Assembly: GCF_000012925.1 (NCBI RefSeq)
Contig: NC_007517.1
Span: 1,140,001-1,172,000 of the forward strand
Reading direction: 5' to 3'
Length of the DNA: 32,000 nt
Source of the DNA: Geobacter metallireducens GS-15
GTDB taxonomy: Bacteria > Desulfobacterota > Desulfuromonadia > Geobacterales > Geobacteraceae
This document shows positions 8,795 through 17,933 of the stretch, one piece after another. Made by a program: the position numbers and the translations under genes. The notes beneath the pieces are model-generated. The model had not been told where the DNA came from. It saw only the letters and a list, made by a program, of their open reading frames with translations, and searched no databases. Each line of letters opens with the position of its first letter. Position 1 is the first letter of the stretch.

Positions 8795-8832
8795 AAAAAA
8801 AGAAGCCGGTTCCGATTGCTCGGACCGGCTTC
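8795..8832 (-). terminator. Intrinsic terminator of ferredoxin gene
   Basis: On the minus strand, GAAGCCGGTCC...GGAACCGGCTTC is followed by a U7 run. Confidence 0.65.
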
Positions 8833-8852
8833 GCATGCTGAAACCTGACGAA

Positions 8853-9023
8853 TTAAGCAGCGCTGATGGCGCTGGTCGGGCAGGTGTCGACACAGGCACC
8901 ACAGTCGATGCAGGTGTCACCGTCAATTTTGTGCTTGTCACCGGCCGGGGCGATGGCGTTCACCGGGCAGGAATCGACACAGGAACCGCAGTTAGTACAG
9001 TCATCAGAAATAACGTGAGCCAC
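8853..9023 (-). CDS. fdx: 2x[4Fe-4S] ferredoxin (56 aa)
   Basis: GTG start 9 nt after AAGGAGG. Two CxxCxxCxxxCP motifs: CTNCGSCVDSCP and CIDCGACVDTCP. Confidence 0.85.
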   Translation of the reverse strand: MAHVISDDCTNCGSCVDSCPVNAIAPAGDKHKIDGDTCIDCGACVDTCPTSAISAA

Positions 9024-9141
9024 TGGTCCTACCTCCTTATAAAGGTTTTTGGTCTGAGCCAAATTATCCGTAAACATAGCACGGCGGGTTCCTGAAGTCC
9101 AGCAGAAAGGTGCTGCCCCAGAGTTGGAGTTCACAAAAAAC

Positions 9142-9170
9142 TTGAATTTAAGCCACCTGTATTGTATATA
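9142..9170 (+). promoter_or_regulatory. Sigma-70 promoter candidate upstream of ackA
   Basis: TTGAAT - 17 nt - TATATA in an AT-rich divergent intergenic region. Confidence 0.35.
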
Positions 9171-9283
9171 TAAAAAACAGTTTTATTTTTTGGGGCTTGC
9201 GACTTGCGGTATTTGAAATTATCCTGATATTCCACGTTTTATTACTGTTTAACGTTTTTTATTTTTACTCAATTTAGGAGGAT

Positions 9284-10552
9284 ATGATGGTAATTCTCGC
9301 CCTCAACTGCGGCAGCTCCTCGGTGAAATACCAGTTGTTCGACTGGGAAAAGAAAGAGGTCGTCGCCAAGGGTATGGTGGAGCGGGTCATTATCGGCGAC
9401 TCGTTCATCATGCACGAGGTTCCGGGCCGTGAAACCTACCGGAAGGAATATGAGTGCCCCGACCACAAGGTGGCCATCGATCTGATTATCAGGACCCTCG
9501 TTGATGGGGAGCACGGTGTCCTCAAGGATATCAATGAGATTTCCGCGGTTGGCCACCGTGTTGTCCACGGTGGAGAAATGTTCACCCGCTCGGTTCTCAT
9601 TGACGAGAAGGTGCTTGATGCCGTCAAGGATGTTCAGCACCTGGCACCCCTCCATAACCCGCCGAACATCGCCGGTATCGAGGCGGCCCAGGCTGTTCTC
9701 CCGTCAGTGCCGCACGTTGCCATTTTCGATACGGCTTTCCACCAGACAATGCCCGAGCATGCCTATCTCTACCCGCTTCCCTACGAGTGGTATGAGAAAT
9801 ATGGCGTCCGCCGCTACGGTTTCCACGGGACCTCTCACCTCTTCGTGTCGAAGCGGGCCGCTGTCCTGCTCGGCAAAAAACCTTCGGATTGCAACATCAT
9901 CACCATGCATATCGGCAACGGTGTTTCCCACTGTGCCATCAGGGGAGGGGTGTCCATCGATACCAGCATGGGGCTCACGCCGCTCGAAGGGGCGGTTATG
10001 GGCACCCGGTGCGGCGATATCGATCCGGCTATTCCGGCCTTCATGATGCAGAAGGAAAACCTTTCCGCCAAGGAAATCGACAGCATTCTCAACAAAAAGA
10101 GCGGGGTGCTGGGCGTGACCGGGCGCTTCACCGACCGCCGCGATGTGATCGAAAACGCCAATAATGGCGATCATCGCTGCAAGGTTGCCCTTGAGATCGA
10201 AGCGTACCGTCTCAAGAAGTATATCGGCACCTACATGGCGGTGCTCGGCCGTCTCGATGCGGTGGTTTTCACTGCCGGCGTCGGTGAGATGGGGTGGCCC
10301 ATCAGGGAGAAGACCATTGAAGGGCTCGAAGGTATCGGCATCAAACTGGACCGTGAGCGGAACAAAAGCGCCATGACCAGAAAACGGGAGACGCTCATTA
10401 CCACCGATGACTCCCCCATCAAGGTCTTCGTCATTCCCACCGACGAGGAACTTGTCTTTACCGAGGACGTGGTTGCCATACTCGATGGCACCTACACCGA
10501 CCACATGAACTTTGACTACTCGTTTGCGCGGCAGGACTTCGTTCGGTCCTAG
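9284..10552 (+). CDS. ackA: Acetate kinase
   Basis: AGGAGG RBS. N-terminus ILALNCGSSSVKYQLF, plus HRVVHGG, FDTAFHQTMP and GFHGTSH signature blocks. Confidence 0.97.
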   Translation: MMVILALNCGSSSVKYQLFDWEKKEVVAKGMVERVIIGDSFIMHEVPGRETYRKEYECPDHKVAIDLIIRTLVDGEHGVLKDINEISAVGHRVVHGGEMFTRSVLIDEKVLDAVKDVQHLAPLHNPPNIAGIEAAQAVLPSVPHVAIFDTAFHQTMPEHAYLYPLPYEWYEKYGVRRYGFHGTSHLFVSKRAAVLLGKKPSDCNIITMHIGNGVSHCAIRGGVSIDTSMGLTPLEGAVMGTRCGDIDPAIPAFMMQKENLSAKEIDSILNKKSGVLGVTGRFTDRRDVIENANNGDHRCKVALEIEAYRLKKYIGTYMAVLGRLDAVVFTAGVGEMGWPIREKTIEGLEGIGIKLDRERNKSAMTRKRETLITTDDSPIKVFVIPTDEELVFTEDVVAILDGTYTDHMNFDYSFARQDFVRS

Positions 10553-10582
10553 CAAACAGGTGAACTGACCCTGCCTGGAAAA

Positions 10583-10619
10583 AGGCCGCCGTGGGTTTCC
10601 ATGGCGGCCTTTCTGTGTT
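10583..10619 (+). terminator. Intrinsic terminator of ackA
   Basis: AGGCCGCC...GGCGGCCT hairpin followed by TTCTGTGTT. Confidence 0.6.
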
Positions 10620-10633
10620 ATGCGGACATCAAC

Positions 10634-10675
10634 GAAAAAACGGCCGCCGGGCATTGCGCCTGGCGGCCGTTTTTC
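10634..10675 (-). terminator. Intrinsic (bidirectional) terminator of pta
   Basis: ACGGCCGCC - 13 nt - GGCGGCCGT, flanked by an A6 run and a T5 run. Confidence 0.7.
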
Positions 10676-10702
10676 ATTTTCGGCACAGAATCTCTCTGCG
10701 GG

Positions 10703-11704
10703 CTAGCCTTGTGCCTGGACCGCCGTGATGGCGGCAACGTTGACGATATCATCCACGGAACAGCCGCGGGAAAGATCGTTCACCGGCTTGGCGAGTCCCT
10801 GGATGATGGGGCCGATGGCCTCTGCGCCGGCGACGCGCTCCACGAGCTTGTAGGCGATGTTGCCGGCATCCAGGTCCGGGAAGACGAGGACATTGGCCTT
10901 GCCGGCCACGGCGCTGCCGGGGGCCTTGCGCTCGCCCACCTTGGGAAGGAGCGCCGCGTCGGCCTGGAGTTCTCCGTCGATCTGCAGTGCAGGGTCTATG
11001 CCCTTGGCCAGTTCCATGGCCTTGAGGACTTTGTCCACGTCTGCGTGGGTTGCGCTCCCCTTGGTGGAGAAGGAGAGCATGGCCACCCGGGCGTCCACGT
11101 CGAGGAACGCCTTGCAGTTGCGGGCTGTGGCCACGGCGATGTCGGCCAGGGCCTGGGCGTCGGGGTTGGGGTTCACGGCGCAGTCGGCGAAGAAGATGAT
11201 GCCGTTTTCACCGAAGCTCGGGGTCTTGGTGACCATGAAGAAGAAGGAGGATACCGTCTTGATTCCCGGGGCCGGGCCAACGGTCTGAAAAGCTGCCCGG
11301 AGGACATCGCCGGTGGTGCCGGTGGCGCCGGCTACTTCGCCTCCCGCGTCCCCCTGACGGACCATCATGCCGGCATAGTAGAGGTTGTCGGCGGCGGTGA
11401 GAAGCTTCAGTGCCTCTTCCTTCGTGAGTCCCTTGCTCTTGCGCAGTTCCACGAGGGCGTCGGCATAGTCGCTGAGCTTTGGGGAGGAGGCCGGATCAAT
11501 CAGTTCGACCTTGGAGATGTCGGCGCCGAGGTCGGCGGCTTTCTTCGCGATGGCGTCAGCATTGCCGAGCATGACTACCCTTGCCAAACCCTGTTCGACG
11601 ATCTGTTGGGCAGCGGCGTACATCCGGTCGTCGTAGCTCTCCGGGAGTACGATGGTCTGCAGCTTGTTCCGGGCTTTAGCCTTGATTTGGTCCATCAGGC
11701 CCAT
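10703..11704 (-). CDS. pta: Phosphate acetyltransferase (short form)
   Basis: AAGGAGG RBS before [28 protein letters not shown] blocks ...[16 protein letters not shown]... and ...[11 protein letters not shown]. Confidence 0.95.
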   Translation of the reverse strand: MGLMDQIKAKARNKLQTIVLPESYDDRMYAAAQQIVEQGLARVVMLGNADAIAKKAADLGADISKVELIDPASSPKLSDYADALVELRKSKGLTKEEALKLLTAADNLYYAGMMVRQGDAGGEVAGATGTTGDVLRAAFQTVGPAPGIKTVSSFFFMVTKTPSFGENGIIFFADCAVNPNPDAQALADIAVATARNCKAFLDVDARVAMLSFSTKGSATHADVDKVLKAMELAKGIDPALQIDGELQADAALLPKVGERKAPGSAVAGKANVLVFPDLDAGNIAYKLVERVAGAEAIGPIIQGLAKPVNDLSRGCSVDDIVNVAAITAVQAQG

Positions 11705-11743
11705 GGTCGATCCTCCTTGGTCTAAATTCAAACGGAATTCTAG

Positions 11744-11772
11744 TTTATAGTCTATGCGGGGAAGCTGGTCAA
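11744..11772 (-). promoter_or_regulatory. Sigma-70 promoter candidate for pta
   Basis: Minus strand TTGACC - 17 nt - TATAAA, ~35 nt upstream of the pta ATG. Confidence 0.55.
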
Positions 11773-11773
11773 C

Positions 11774-11798
11774 AAAAAACCCGGCCTGGGCCGGGTTT
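11774..11798 (-). terminator. Intrinsic terminator after the mog gene
   Basis: Minus strand AAACCCGGCC-cag-GGCCGGGTTT followed by TTTTTT. Confidence 0.75.
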
Positions 11799-11823
11799 AG
11801 AAGGGTGGAGGGCGTTTGCCGAT

Positions 11824-12315
11824 TCAGGTGGAGGGAGCGCAGTCACGGGTGTCCCCCTGGATCTTCTCCACGGCGTGGGGTACCGCCGGCCAGACCGCCT
11901 CCAGGTTCTCGATGGCCCCCCTGGGGCTGCCGGGGAGGTTGATGATGAGCGCCTGTTTCCGGATGCCGGCCACGGCCCGGGAGATCATGGCGTGGGGGGT
12001 CTTTTCGAGACTCCTCATCCGCATCACCTCGCCGAAGCCCGGGATCACCCGGTCCAGGACCTTCATGGTGGCATCGGGGGTGACGTCGCGGGGAGATACC
12101 CCGGTGCCGCCGGTGGTGAGTATCAGGTCGTAGAGGCCCGAATCCGCCCACTGGCTGAGCGTGGCCGTGATGAGATCCGCCTCGTCGGGGATGATCTCCG
12201 TATGGGCGGTCTCGACGCCACGTTCCGCCAACCAGGCAGAGAGGGCCGGGCCGCTGGCGTCTGCCCGCTCTCCCCGGGAACCCTTGTCGCTCAAGGTGAG
12301 AATTGCCGCTCTCAT
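11824..12315 (-). CDS. mog: Molybdopterin adenylyltransferase (MogA/MoaB family)
   Basis: [22 protein letters not shown]...[20 protein letters not shown]...INLPGSP. ATGA start/stop overlap with moaC. Confidence 0.88.
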   Translation of the reverse strand: MRAAILTLSDKGSRGERADASGPALSAWLAERGVETAHTEIIPDEADLITATLSQWADSGLYDLILTTGGTGVSPRDVTPDATMKVLDRVIPGFGEVMRMRSLEKTPHAMISRAVAGIRKQALIINLPGSPRGAIENLEAVWPAVPHAVEKIQGDTRDCAPST

Positions 12316-12794
12316 GCCGGTTCCTCCCGCTGCCAGGTGCCGCTTTTCCCTCCCTCCTTGAAGAGGAGGCAGATATCGCCGATGGTGATCCCCTTGTCGG
12401 CTCCCTTGCACATGTCGTAGATGGTGAGGGCCGCCACCGCCGCCGAGGTCATGGCCTCCATCTCCACGCCGGTCCGCTCGAAGGCCCGTACCGTTGCCTT
12501 CACCGTGATGGTCCCGGTCTCCGGCTCGGTCTCGAAGTCAACCGCGGCATGGTGGATGGCCAGCGGGTGGGAGAGGGGGATCAGTTCCGGGGTCTTCTTG
12601 GCGGCGGCGATGCCCGCCAGTCGCGCCACGCCCAGGACATCCCCCTTGGTGGTCCGTCCGGCCAGGAGGTCTGCCAGCGTCTCGGGTTTCATGGCCACCG
12701 TGGCGGCGGCGGTTGCGGTGCGCAGGGTAGGCTGTTTTCCGCTCACGTCCACCATGATGGCCCGGCCCTGGTCGTCGAAGTGATTGAAGGACAT
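12312..12794 (-). CDS. moaC: Cyclic pyranopterin monophosphate synthase
   Basis: 160 aa starting MSFNHFDDQGRAIMVDVSGK, with ...KGDVLGVARLAGI..AKKT.ELIPLSHPL... and EMEAMT..AVAALTIYDMCK. Confidence 0.95.
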   Translation of the reverse strand: MSFNHFDDQGRAIMVDVSGKQPTLRTATAAATVAMKPETLADLLAGRTTKGDVLGVARLAGIAAAKKTPELIPLSHPLAIHHAAVDFETEPETGTITVKATVRAFERTGVEMEAMTSAAVAALTIYDMCKGADKGITIGDICLLFKEGGKSGTWQREEPA

Positions 12795-12808
12795 ATCGGT
12801 AATCTCCC

Positions 12809-14026
12809 TTAGCGTTCCAGCATGGTCACATCGTCCCTCAGGAGCATCAGGTCCACCTCGCTCCCGGCGTGGACGATGGACGCTTCCAGGGGGAGCAGCG
12901 CCAGGCCGTTGGCCCTGACCATGGTCCTGAGGATTCCAGTGTGCTGGTCGCCTGCGGTAGAGGCCACGAAGCGCCCTTCCTGCACCGTCACCTGGACCCG
13001 GAGGAAGTTGACCTTGCCCGGTTTCTTTTTCGCGTCTTCCCGGAGGATGGCCTTGACAAAAGGGCGCACCACGCGCCGGTGCCCCATCATCCGCAGCAGG
13101 GCCGGACGGGCAAAGAGCTCGAAGGTGACCATGGTGGAGACGGGGTTGCCGGGAAGCGAGAAAACCGGCTTCGCCCCGTGCATCCCGAAAGCCGTGGGGC
13201 CGCCGGGTTTCATGTCCACCTTCCAGAATATCTGCTCCACACCCATCTCGGCCAGGACGTCCCGGACCAGGTCCCGGTCGCCGGCGGAAACTCCGGCGGA
13301 GGTGATGAGGGCGTCGGCCTTCAGCCCTTCGGCGAGCTTTTCCCGGTGACTTTCCCGGTTGTCCCGGGCAATGCCGATGACGATCGGTTCTGCGCCGCAC
13401 TGGCGCACCGCCGCCGCCAGCGACAGGGTGTTGGAGTTGATGATCTTGCCCGGAACCGGGGGCTCGCCCAGCTCGACCAGTTCGTCGCCGGTGGAGAGGA
13501 TGGCGACGCGGGCCTTGCGGAAGACCGGCACCAGGGCCTTGCCGAAGGAGGCGAGCATGCTGACCTCGGGGGGCTGGATAAGGGTGCCCGCCGGGATGAC
13601 GGTCTCACCGGTGGCTACGTCCTCGCCCTTGAAACGGATGTGCTGGCGTTCCTTCACGGGGGCCACGACCCGGATGGCGGCGCCGTCGTCCTCAGTCTCC
13701 TCTACGGGGACCACGGCGTCGCAGCCGGGGGGGAGGGGAGCGCCGGTCATGATCCTGATGGCGCAGCCAGACTCCACTGCTCCGGTCACCTCGCCGCCGG
13801 CCGGGATATAGCCGGTCACCTTCAGTGCTGCCGGGATGGTTGCGCAGTCGGCGGCTCGCACGGCAAAGCCGTCCATGGCGGAGTTGTCGCAGAGGGGCAT
13901 CTCCCAGGGGGCCACCACGTCCTCGGCCAGGACGCGGCCTGCGGCCTCCAGAATTCCCACCCGCTCGATGCCGAGGGGGGTTACGCGATCGAGAATGATG
14001 TTGCGGGCTTCGGTGAAAGACGGCAC
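12809..14026 (-). CDS. moeA: Molybdopterin molybdenum/tungsten transferase
   Basis: GTG start after GGAAGGAG. SFTEARNIIL..., CDNSAMDGFAVRA, ILSTGDEL and ITSAGVSAGDRD blocks. Confidence 0.95.
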   Translation of the reverse strand: MPSFTEARNIILDRVTPLGIERVGILEAAGRVLAEDVVAPWEMPLCDNSAMDGFAVRAADCATIPAALKVTGYIPAGGEVTGAVESGCAIRIMTGAPLPPGCDAVVPVEETEDDGAAIRVVAPVKERQHIRFKGEDVATGETVIPAGTLIQPPEVSMLASFGKALVPVFRKARVAILSTGDELVELGEPPVPGKIINSNTLSLAAAVRQCGAEPIVIGIARDNRESHREKLAEGLKADALITSAGVSAGDRDLVRDVLAEMGVEQIFWKVDMKPGGPTAFGMHGAKPVFSLPGNPVSTMVTFELFARPALLRMMGHRRVVRPFVKAILREDAKKKPGKVNFLRVQVTVQEGRFVASTAGDQHTGILRTMVRANGLALLPLEASIVHAGSEVDLMLLRDDVTMLER

Positions 14027-14724
14027 GGTTGGATTTCTCCTTCCTCGACAGATGTGGTGCTGAACGATTGCGGCGCGGCGAGACGGCCCGCTGCCAGGTG
14101 GATGCGTTCGCCCTTCAGGCGTTCCAGATGCTCCGGATCGTGGGTGGTCATGACAACGGTGGTCCCCCGCGCGGGGAGTGCGGATATGATGTTCTCCAGC
14201 AGGTCACTCGTGTTGCGGTCCACGTTGGCGAGGGGCTCATCCAGGAGGAGCACCTTGGTCTCAAGGGCCAGTGCCCGGGCCAGGGCCACCCGCTGGGCCT
14301 CGCCGCCGGACAGTTCCCGGGAGCGGCGGTGCCCGAAGCCGGCAAGACCCACAAGTGCCAGCGCCTCCTCGACTCGCTGCTTCAGGCCGTCGCCGTGGCC
14401 GCCGCGCAGCTTCAGGCCGTAGGCCACGTTGGCGGCGACGCTGCCGGTGAAGAGATAGGGGGACTGGTGGACGAGGGTCACGTCACGCCGCTGGCGCTGG
14501 AGGGTGCTGTTGCTCCAGAGCACCGTCTCCCCCTCGAAGACGATCTCGCCTGATGTCGGCGCCGTGAGAAGGGCCAGATGGGAGAGGAGGGTGCTTTTTC
14601 CCGCTCCGTTGGCGCCGGTGAGGATGTAGAGGCGGCCCGCACGGAGGGTGAGCTGGCCGATGTCCAGGACGGTCCGGGAGTCGTAAGAGGTCTGGATGCT
14701 GTCAAGTCGGTAGCGGATGCTCAC
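13981..14724 (-). CDS. tupC: ABC transporter ATP-binding protein (tungstate TupC-like)
   Basis: Walker A GANGAGKST, signature LSGGEAQRV, Walker B LLLDEP. The 3' end overlaps moeA by 46 nt. Confidence 0.85.
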   Translation of the reverse strand: MSIRYRLDSIQTSYDSRTVLDIGQLTLRAGRLYILTGANGAGKSTLLSHLALLTAPTSGEIVFEGETVLWSNSTLQRQRRDVTLVHQSPYLFTGSVAANVAYGLKLRGGHGDGLKQRVEEALALVGLAGFGHRRSRELSGGEAQRVALARALALETKVLLLDEPLANVDRNTSDLLENIISALPARGTTVVMTTHDPEHLERLKGERIHLAAGRLAAPQSFSTTSVEEGEIQPCRLSPKPATSFSIA

Positions 14725-14730
14725 GAAGGG

Positions 14731-15417
14731 TTACCTCTGCTGCAGGGCGTTGAGGGCCATGTTGATCATCAGGGCCACCGTCATGAGGATGAGCCCCAGG
14801 GCAAGTCCCAGGGCGAATTCCCCCTTGCCGGTCTCCATGGCGATGGCGGTGGTCATGGTGCGGGTGTACCCGCGGATGTTGCCGCCGAGCATCATGGCGA
14901 CTCCCACCTCGGCGATGACCCGGCCGAAGCCGGCGATCACCGCCGCCATGATCCCGAAGCGCATCTCCACCACCAGCCGGCGGATGCTCTCGAATGGTCC
15001 GGCCCCCAGGGTGAGGGCCGTGGGAACGATGCGTGGGTCGGCCCCTTTGATGGCGCTCATGGTCAGGTTGGCCACGATGGGGATCGCCAGGAGCGTCTGC
15101 CCCACCACCATGGCCCAGGGGGTGAAAAGGATTCCGAACCCTCCCAGGGGCCCCTGGCGGCTGATGAGGCTGTAGACGAAAAGGCCCACCACCACCGTCG
15201 GCAGGGCCATGAGGGTGTTGAGAAGCGTCACCACGGCCCGCTTGCCGGTGAACTCCGTCACCGCCACCGCCACCCCGGCCGGCACGCCGGCCAGGGAGGC
15301 GAAGAGGGTCGACCAGAGCGACACCACCACCGAAACGGTTACCGCGCTCACCACGTCAGGGTCCCGGGAGGTGATCAGTTCCAGAGCAGTTTTGAGAGAT
15401 TCGGAAAAAAAGTCCAT
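14731..15417 (-). CDS. tupB: ABC transporter permease (tungstate TupB-like)
   Basis: 228-aa polytopic membrane protein of the BPD_transp_1 type, encoded between the binding protein and ATPase genes. Confidence 0.85.
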   Translation of the reverse strand: MDFFSESLKTALELITSRDPDVVSAVTVSVVVSLWSTLFASLAGVPAGVAVAVTEFTGKRAVVTLLNTLMALPTVVVGLFVYSLISRQGPLGGFGILFTPWAMVVGQTLLAIPIVANLTMSAIKGADPRIVPTALTLGAGPFESIRRLVVEMRFGIMAAVIAGFGRVIAEVGVAMMLGGNIRGYTRTMTTAIAMETGKGEFALGLALGLILMTVALMINMALNALQQR

Positions 15418-15471
15418 TTGTGTACTATCACCGAATTCAGGAGCCAGAAGCCAGAAGAATAACCACTTCTT

Positions 15472-16281
15472 CTACTTCTTGTAGATAAAGAACACCGGCT
15501 CGCCGTGGGCCTTGTAGCCGGAGATGATCTTCAACCCTTCGGGACCGGTGACGTAGTCGATGAATTTCATGGCCAGGTCATACTTCACGTGGGGGAATTT
15601 TTTCGGGTTCACGGCGATGATTCCGTAGGGGTTGAAGAGTCCCTTCTCCCCTTGGAAGACGATGGCGAGGTCAGTCTTCTGCCCCTTGAAGGCGTTGTAG
15701 GTACCCCGGTCGGCGAGGGTGTAGCCGCGCCGCTCGGTGGCCATGGTGATGACCGGCCCCATCCCCTGGCCCGCCTCGATGTACCAGCTCCCCTTGGGGT
15801 CGGTGCCGGCGGCCTTCCAGAGTTCCAGTTCCTTCATGTGGGTGCCGGATTTGTCACCCCGGGAGACGAAGGTGGCCTGCCTGGCGGCGATCAGCTTCAG
15901 GGCTTCGGCGGCGGTCTTCGCCTTGGCGATGCCGGCCGGGTCGTTCTTGGGACCGATGATGACGAAGTCATTATACATGACATCCTTGCGGTTCACGCCG
16001 AAGCCGTCGGCCACGAACTTGTCCTCCAGTTTGCGGGCGTGGACGAACACCACGTCCACGTCGCCGGCTTCACCCAGTTTCAGGGCCTGCCCCGTCCCCA
16101 CGGCAATTACGTCAACCTTGCAGTTGTTCTTTTTTTCGAAGGGAGGAAGAAGCACCTTCAGGAGACCCGAGTCCTGGGTGGAGGTGGTGGTGGACATCTT
16201 GAGGCGCTCTTCGGCCGAGGCGGCGCCGCAGAGGACTACCAAGGCAACGAGAGTAAGGATAATGCCGCGCAGCGAATTCAT
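15472..16281 (-). CDS. tupA: Periplasmic tungstate/oxyanion-binding protein (TupA-like)
   Basis: Signal peptide, then the TTTSTQDSGLL and GDKSGTH motifs characteristic of TupA-type binding proteins. Confidence 0.85.
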   Translation of the reverse strand: MNSLRGIILTLVALVVLCGAASAEERLKMSTTTSTQDSGLLKVLLPPFEKKNNCKVDVIAVGTGQALKLGEAGDVDVVFVHARKLEDKFVADGFGVNRKDVMYNDFVIIGPKNDPAGIAKAKTAAEALKLIAARQATFVSRGDKSGTHMKELELWKAAGTDPKGSWYIEAGQGMGPVITMATERRGYTLADRGTYNAFKGQKTDLAIVFQGEKGLFNPYGIIAVNPKKFPHVKYDLAMKFIDYVTGPEGLKIISGYKAHGEPVFFIYKK

Positions 16282-16337
16282 ACAACCTCCTTGTGCGTGT
16301 GGTTATGGTTGGCGGAATGAGGTGTCATTTTGGGGTT

Positions 16338-16364
16338 ACTATATCATTTTTCCCTGCATTTGAA
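16338..16364 (-). promoter_or_regulatory. Possible internal promoter (extended -10) for tupA
   Basis: Minus strand TTCAAA - 15 nt - TATAGT with TGA immediately upstream (TGnTATAGT). Spacer is short. Confidence 0.35.
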
Positions 16365-16399
16365 GCCGTTGAATCTGGATCCCGTTTCTTCCGGGTGAA

Positions 16400-16433
16400 G
16401 GATGCGGCGGGCGGCCCTGTTTCCGCCGCATCC
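16400..16433 (-). terminator. Hairpin after porin gene (weak or partial terminator)
   Basis: 11-bp stem GGATGCGGCGG / CCGCCGCATCC, but only two U residues follow on the minus strand. Confidence 0.4.
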
Positions 16434-16443
16434 AGCGCCGGTG

Positions 16444-17688
16444 CTAGAAGATGATCTGGGCCTGGAGCCGGTACTGCTTGTCGTCGGTCTTCGTCCTCTG
16501 GTCGTGGGTGTTGGTGACGTCGGCCTGGAGCTTCAGGTTGTGCTTGCTGAAGTAGTACGAAACCGCTCCCTGGGTGTCAGTGATCAGGTCGTTGGCCGTG
16601 TCGCGGTTGGGGTCGACGTAGGAGTAGCGGAAGGCCACTTCCACGGTCTTCGGAATGATGCAGTAGCCCGCCTGGGCATAGAAGCCGTGGGCCCTCAGGG
16701 TCTTGTTGCTGGTCTGGCCGTCGGCCTGGCCTATCAGGTATTCGGCCTGGGCCGAGGCGCCGAGCCACTTGAAGGCGGCGTCCACGCCCCAGGCGTTGAC
16801 GTCGATCTTCTCGCTGGTGGCGAAGGTGCTCAGCCCCTTGCCGAGCCAGCCGCTGGAGCCGGCCAGGGTGATGGCGTTGGTCTCCAGGGTGGTGGTGGCC
16901 GTCTTGTTCAGCGTGTTTCGGTAGTAGTTGGCGCCGATGGAAAGGAGCGGTTTCGGGCTGGTGTCGAGGTCGCTCTCGGAGTAGGCCATTTTGCCGAAGG
17001 GGTTGATGGTGGCCCGGGCAGCGATGGCGTTGTCGTTGGAGCTGCGGACGGTGCTCTGGCCGGCGCCGCCGTAAATGCCGAACTCATAGGTGGCGAGTCC
17101 CTTCATGATGTCGCCGTGGAGCTTCGCCCCCACATCGTAGCCCGGACGGAACATGTCAGAGGCCATGGAGCGGTCCACAAACTGCTGGCTTCCGGAGGAG
17201 TTCAACCACTGGCGGCCGAAGGGAACCTTCGTCTGGCCGGCAAGGAGTTGCACTTCGTCAATAAGCCGGTAGTTCAGGTAGGCGTGCTCGAGCATTTTGG
17301 AGGAGCCGCTGTTGGCGAAATCCACCTGGTAGAGGTAGGTCAGGTCCTTGGTAAAGGCGTAGCCTTTCAGCCAGAACTTGATCCGTTTAGCCTCCCACTT
17401 GCTGGAGTCCGGTTTCGAGGCACTGTTTTCCTCCAAGTCGGTGAAGGTGTAGCGGGTCTGGAGCCGACCACCGAGGGTAAGCTGGAACTTCTCGTCCGGG
17501 GAGGTGAGGGTGAAGCCGTTTCCAACCTTGTAATCGAACGCTTTGCTCTTGGTCACTTCCTTGTAATCGGCTTCGGTGATGACACCCTTTTCTTTGAGGA
17601 TGTCCTCCAAGGTCTTGGCCTCCGCTGTGGTGCAGGCCATAGTGGCCGCAAGAATGGCCGAAACTGCCGCGATGTTTCTGTGTTTCAT
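16444..17688 (-). CDS. Outer-membrane porin, phosphate-selective porin O/P (OprO/OprP)-like family
   Basis: AGGAGGAA RBS. Signal peptide ending TTAEA. Alternating beta-strand pattern and C-terminal ...YRLQAQIIF (terminal Phe typical of OM barrels). Confidence 0.78.
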   Translation of the reverse strand: MKHRNIAAVSAILAATMACTTAEAKTLEDILKEKGVITEADYKEVTKSKAFDYKVGNGFTLTSPDEKFQLTLGGRLQTRYTFTDLEENSASKPDSSKWEAKRIKFWLKGYAFTKDLTYLYQVDFANSGSSKMLEHAYLNYRLIDEVQLLAGQTKVPFGRQWLNSSGSQQFVDRSMASDMFRPGYDVGAKLHGDIMKGLATYEFGIYGGAGQSTVRSSNDNAIAARATINPFGKMAYSESDLDTSPKPLLSIGANYYRNTLNKTATTTLETNAITLAGSSGWLGKGLSTFATSEKIDVNAWGVDAAFKWLGASAQAEYLIGQADGQTSNKTLRAHGFYAQAGYCIIPKTVEVAFRYSYVDPNRDTANDLITDTQGAVSYYFSKHNLKLQADVTNTHDQRTKTDDKQYRLQAQIIF

Positions 17689-17761
17689 GTGTTCCTCCTA
17701 GGGGGGTATAGTTGTGAGTCACGCTCACCATGCCGGAACAGGCCAGGCCTGCCGGTGCACA

Positions 17762-17797
17762 ACAAAAAGGGCCTCTCTCCAAACGGAAAGAGGCCCC
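17762..17797 (-). terminator. Intrinsic terminator serving as expression platform of the upstream riboswitch
   Basis: Minus strand GGGCCUCUUUCC-GUUU-GGAGAGAGGCCC (12 bp) followed by UUUUUGUUG. It sits between the aptamer and the porin RBS. Confidence 0.65.
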
Positions 17798-17821
17798 ATA
17801 CCCCACGCAGGGGAATAAAGA

Positions 17822-17920
17822 GTTCTCCTTTCCAAAAGGGAGGCACCGCCGTTTCCAGCGGAACCCGTTGACCGCATACCGTGAGGCTCTGCGCCTGGTA
17901 GGTATGACGGATCGGAGAAA
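17822..17920 (-). promoter_or_regulatory. Moco/Tuco (molybdenum/tungsten cofactor) riboswitch aptamer, copy 2
   Basis: Minus strand CUCCGAUCC...CCUCACGG...CCGCUGGAAACGGCGG-UGCCUCCC-UUUUGG-AAAGGAG carries the conserved CUCCGAxCC, GCCUCCC and AAAGGAG blocks. It is collinear with the copy at 20954-21050. Confidence 0.7.
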
Positions 17921-17933
17921 AAACTAGTATTTA

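Noticed and set aside
10601-11725. 374-aa plus-strand ORF opposite pta
   Set aside because: Gly/Ala/Val/His-rich shadow ORF antisense to a clearly identifiable pta gene. It has no RBS and no recognisable domains, which is typical of high-GC antisense frames.
12795-13400. N-terminal extension making moaC 362 aa in the ORF track
   Set aside because: The extension is Arg/Pro/Gly-rich and overlaps moeA in another frame. A canonical 160-aa MoaC begins at MSFNHF (12794).
12869-14422. 517-aa plus-strand ORF across moeA/tupC, together with similar long ORFs at 14578-15462, 15505-16320, 16402-17871, 19106-19717, 19994-20935 and 21174-22448
   Set aside because: All are antisense to well-supported minus-strand genes (moeA, tupCBA, porin, aor, adh). 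Their composition is Gly/Arg/Ala/His-biased without motifs.
16282-16399. Possible third Moco riboswitch in the tupA leader
   Set aside because: The minus-strand leader is only ~50-110 nt. It lacks the CUCCGAGCC, GCCUCCC and AAAGGAG blocks seen in the two real copies. A simple promoter is the better explanation.
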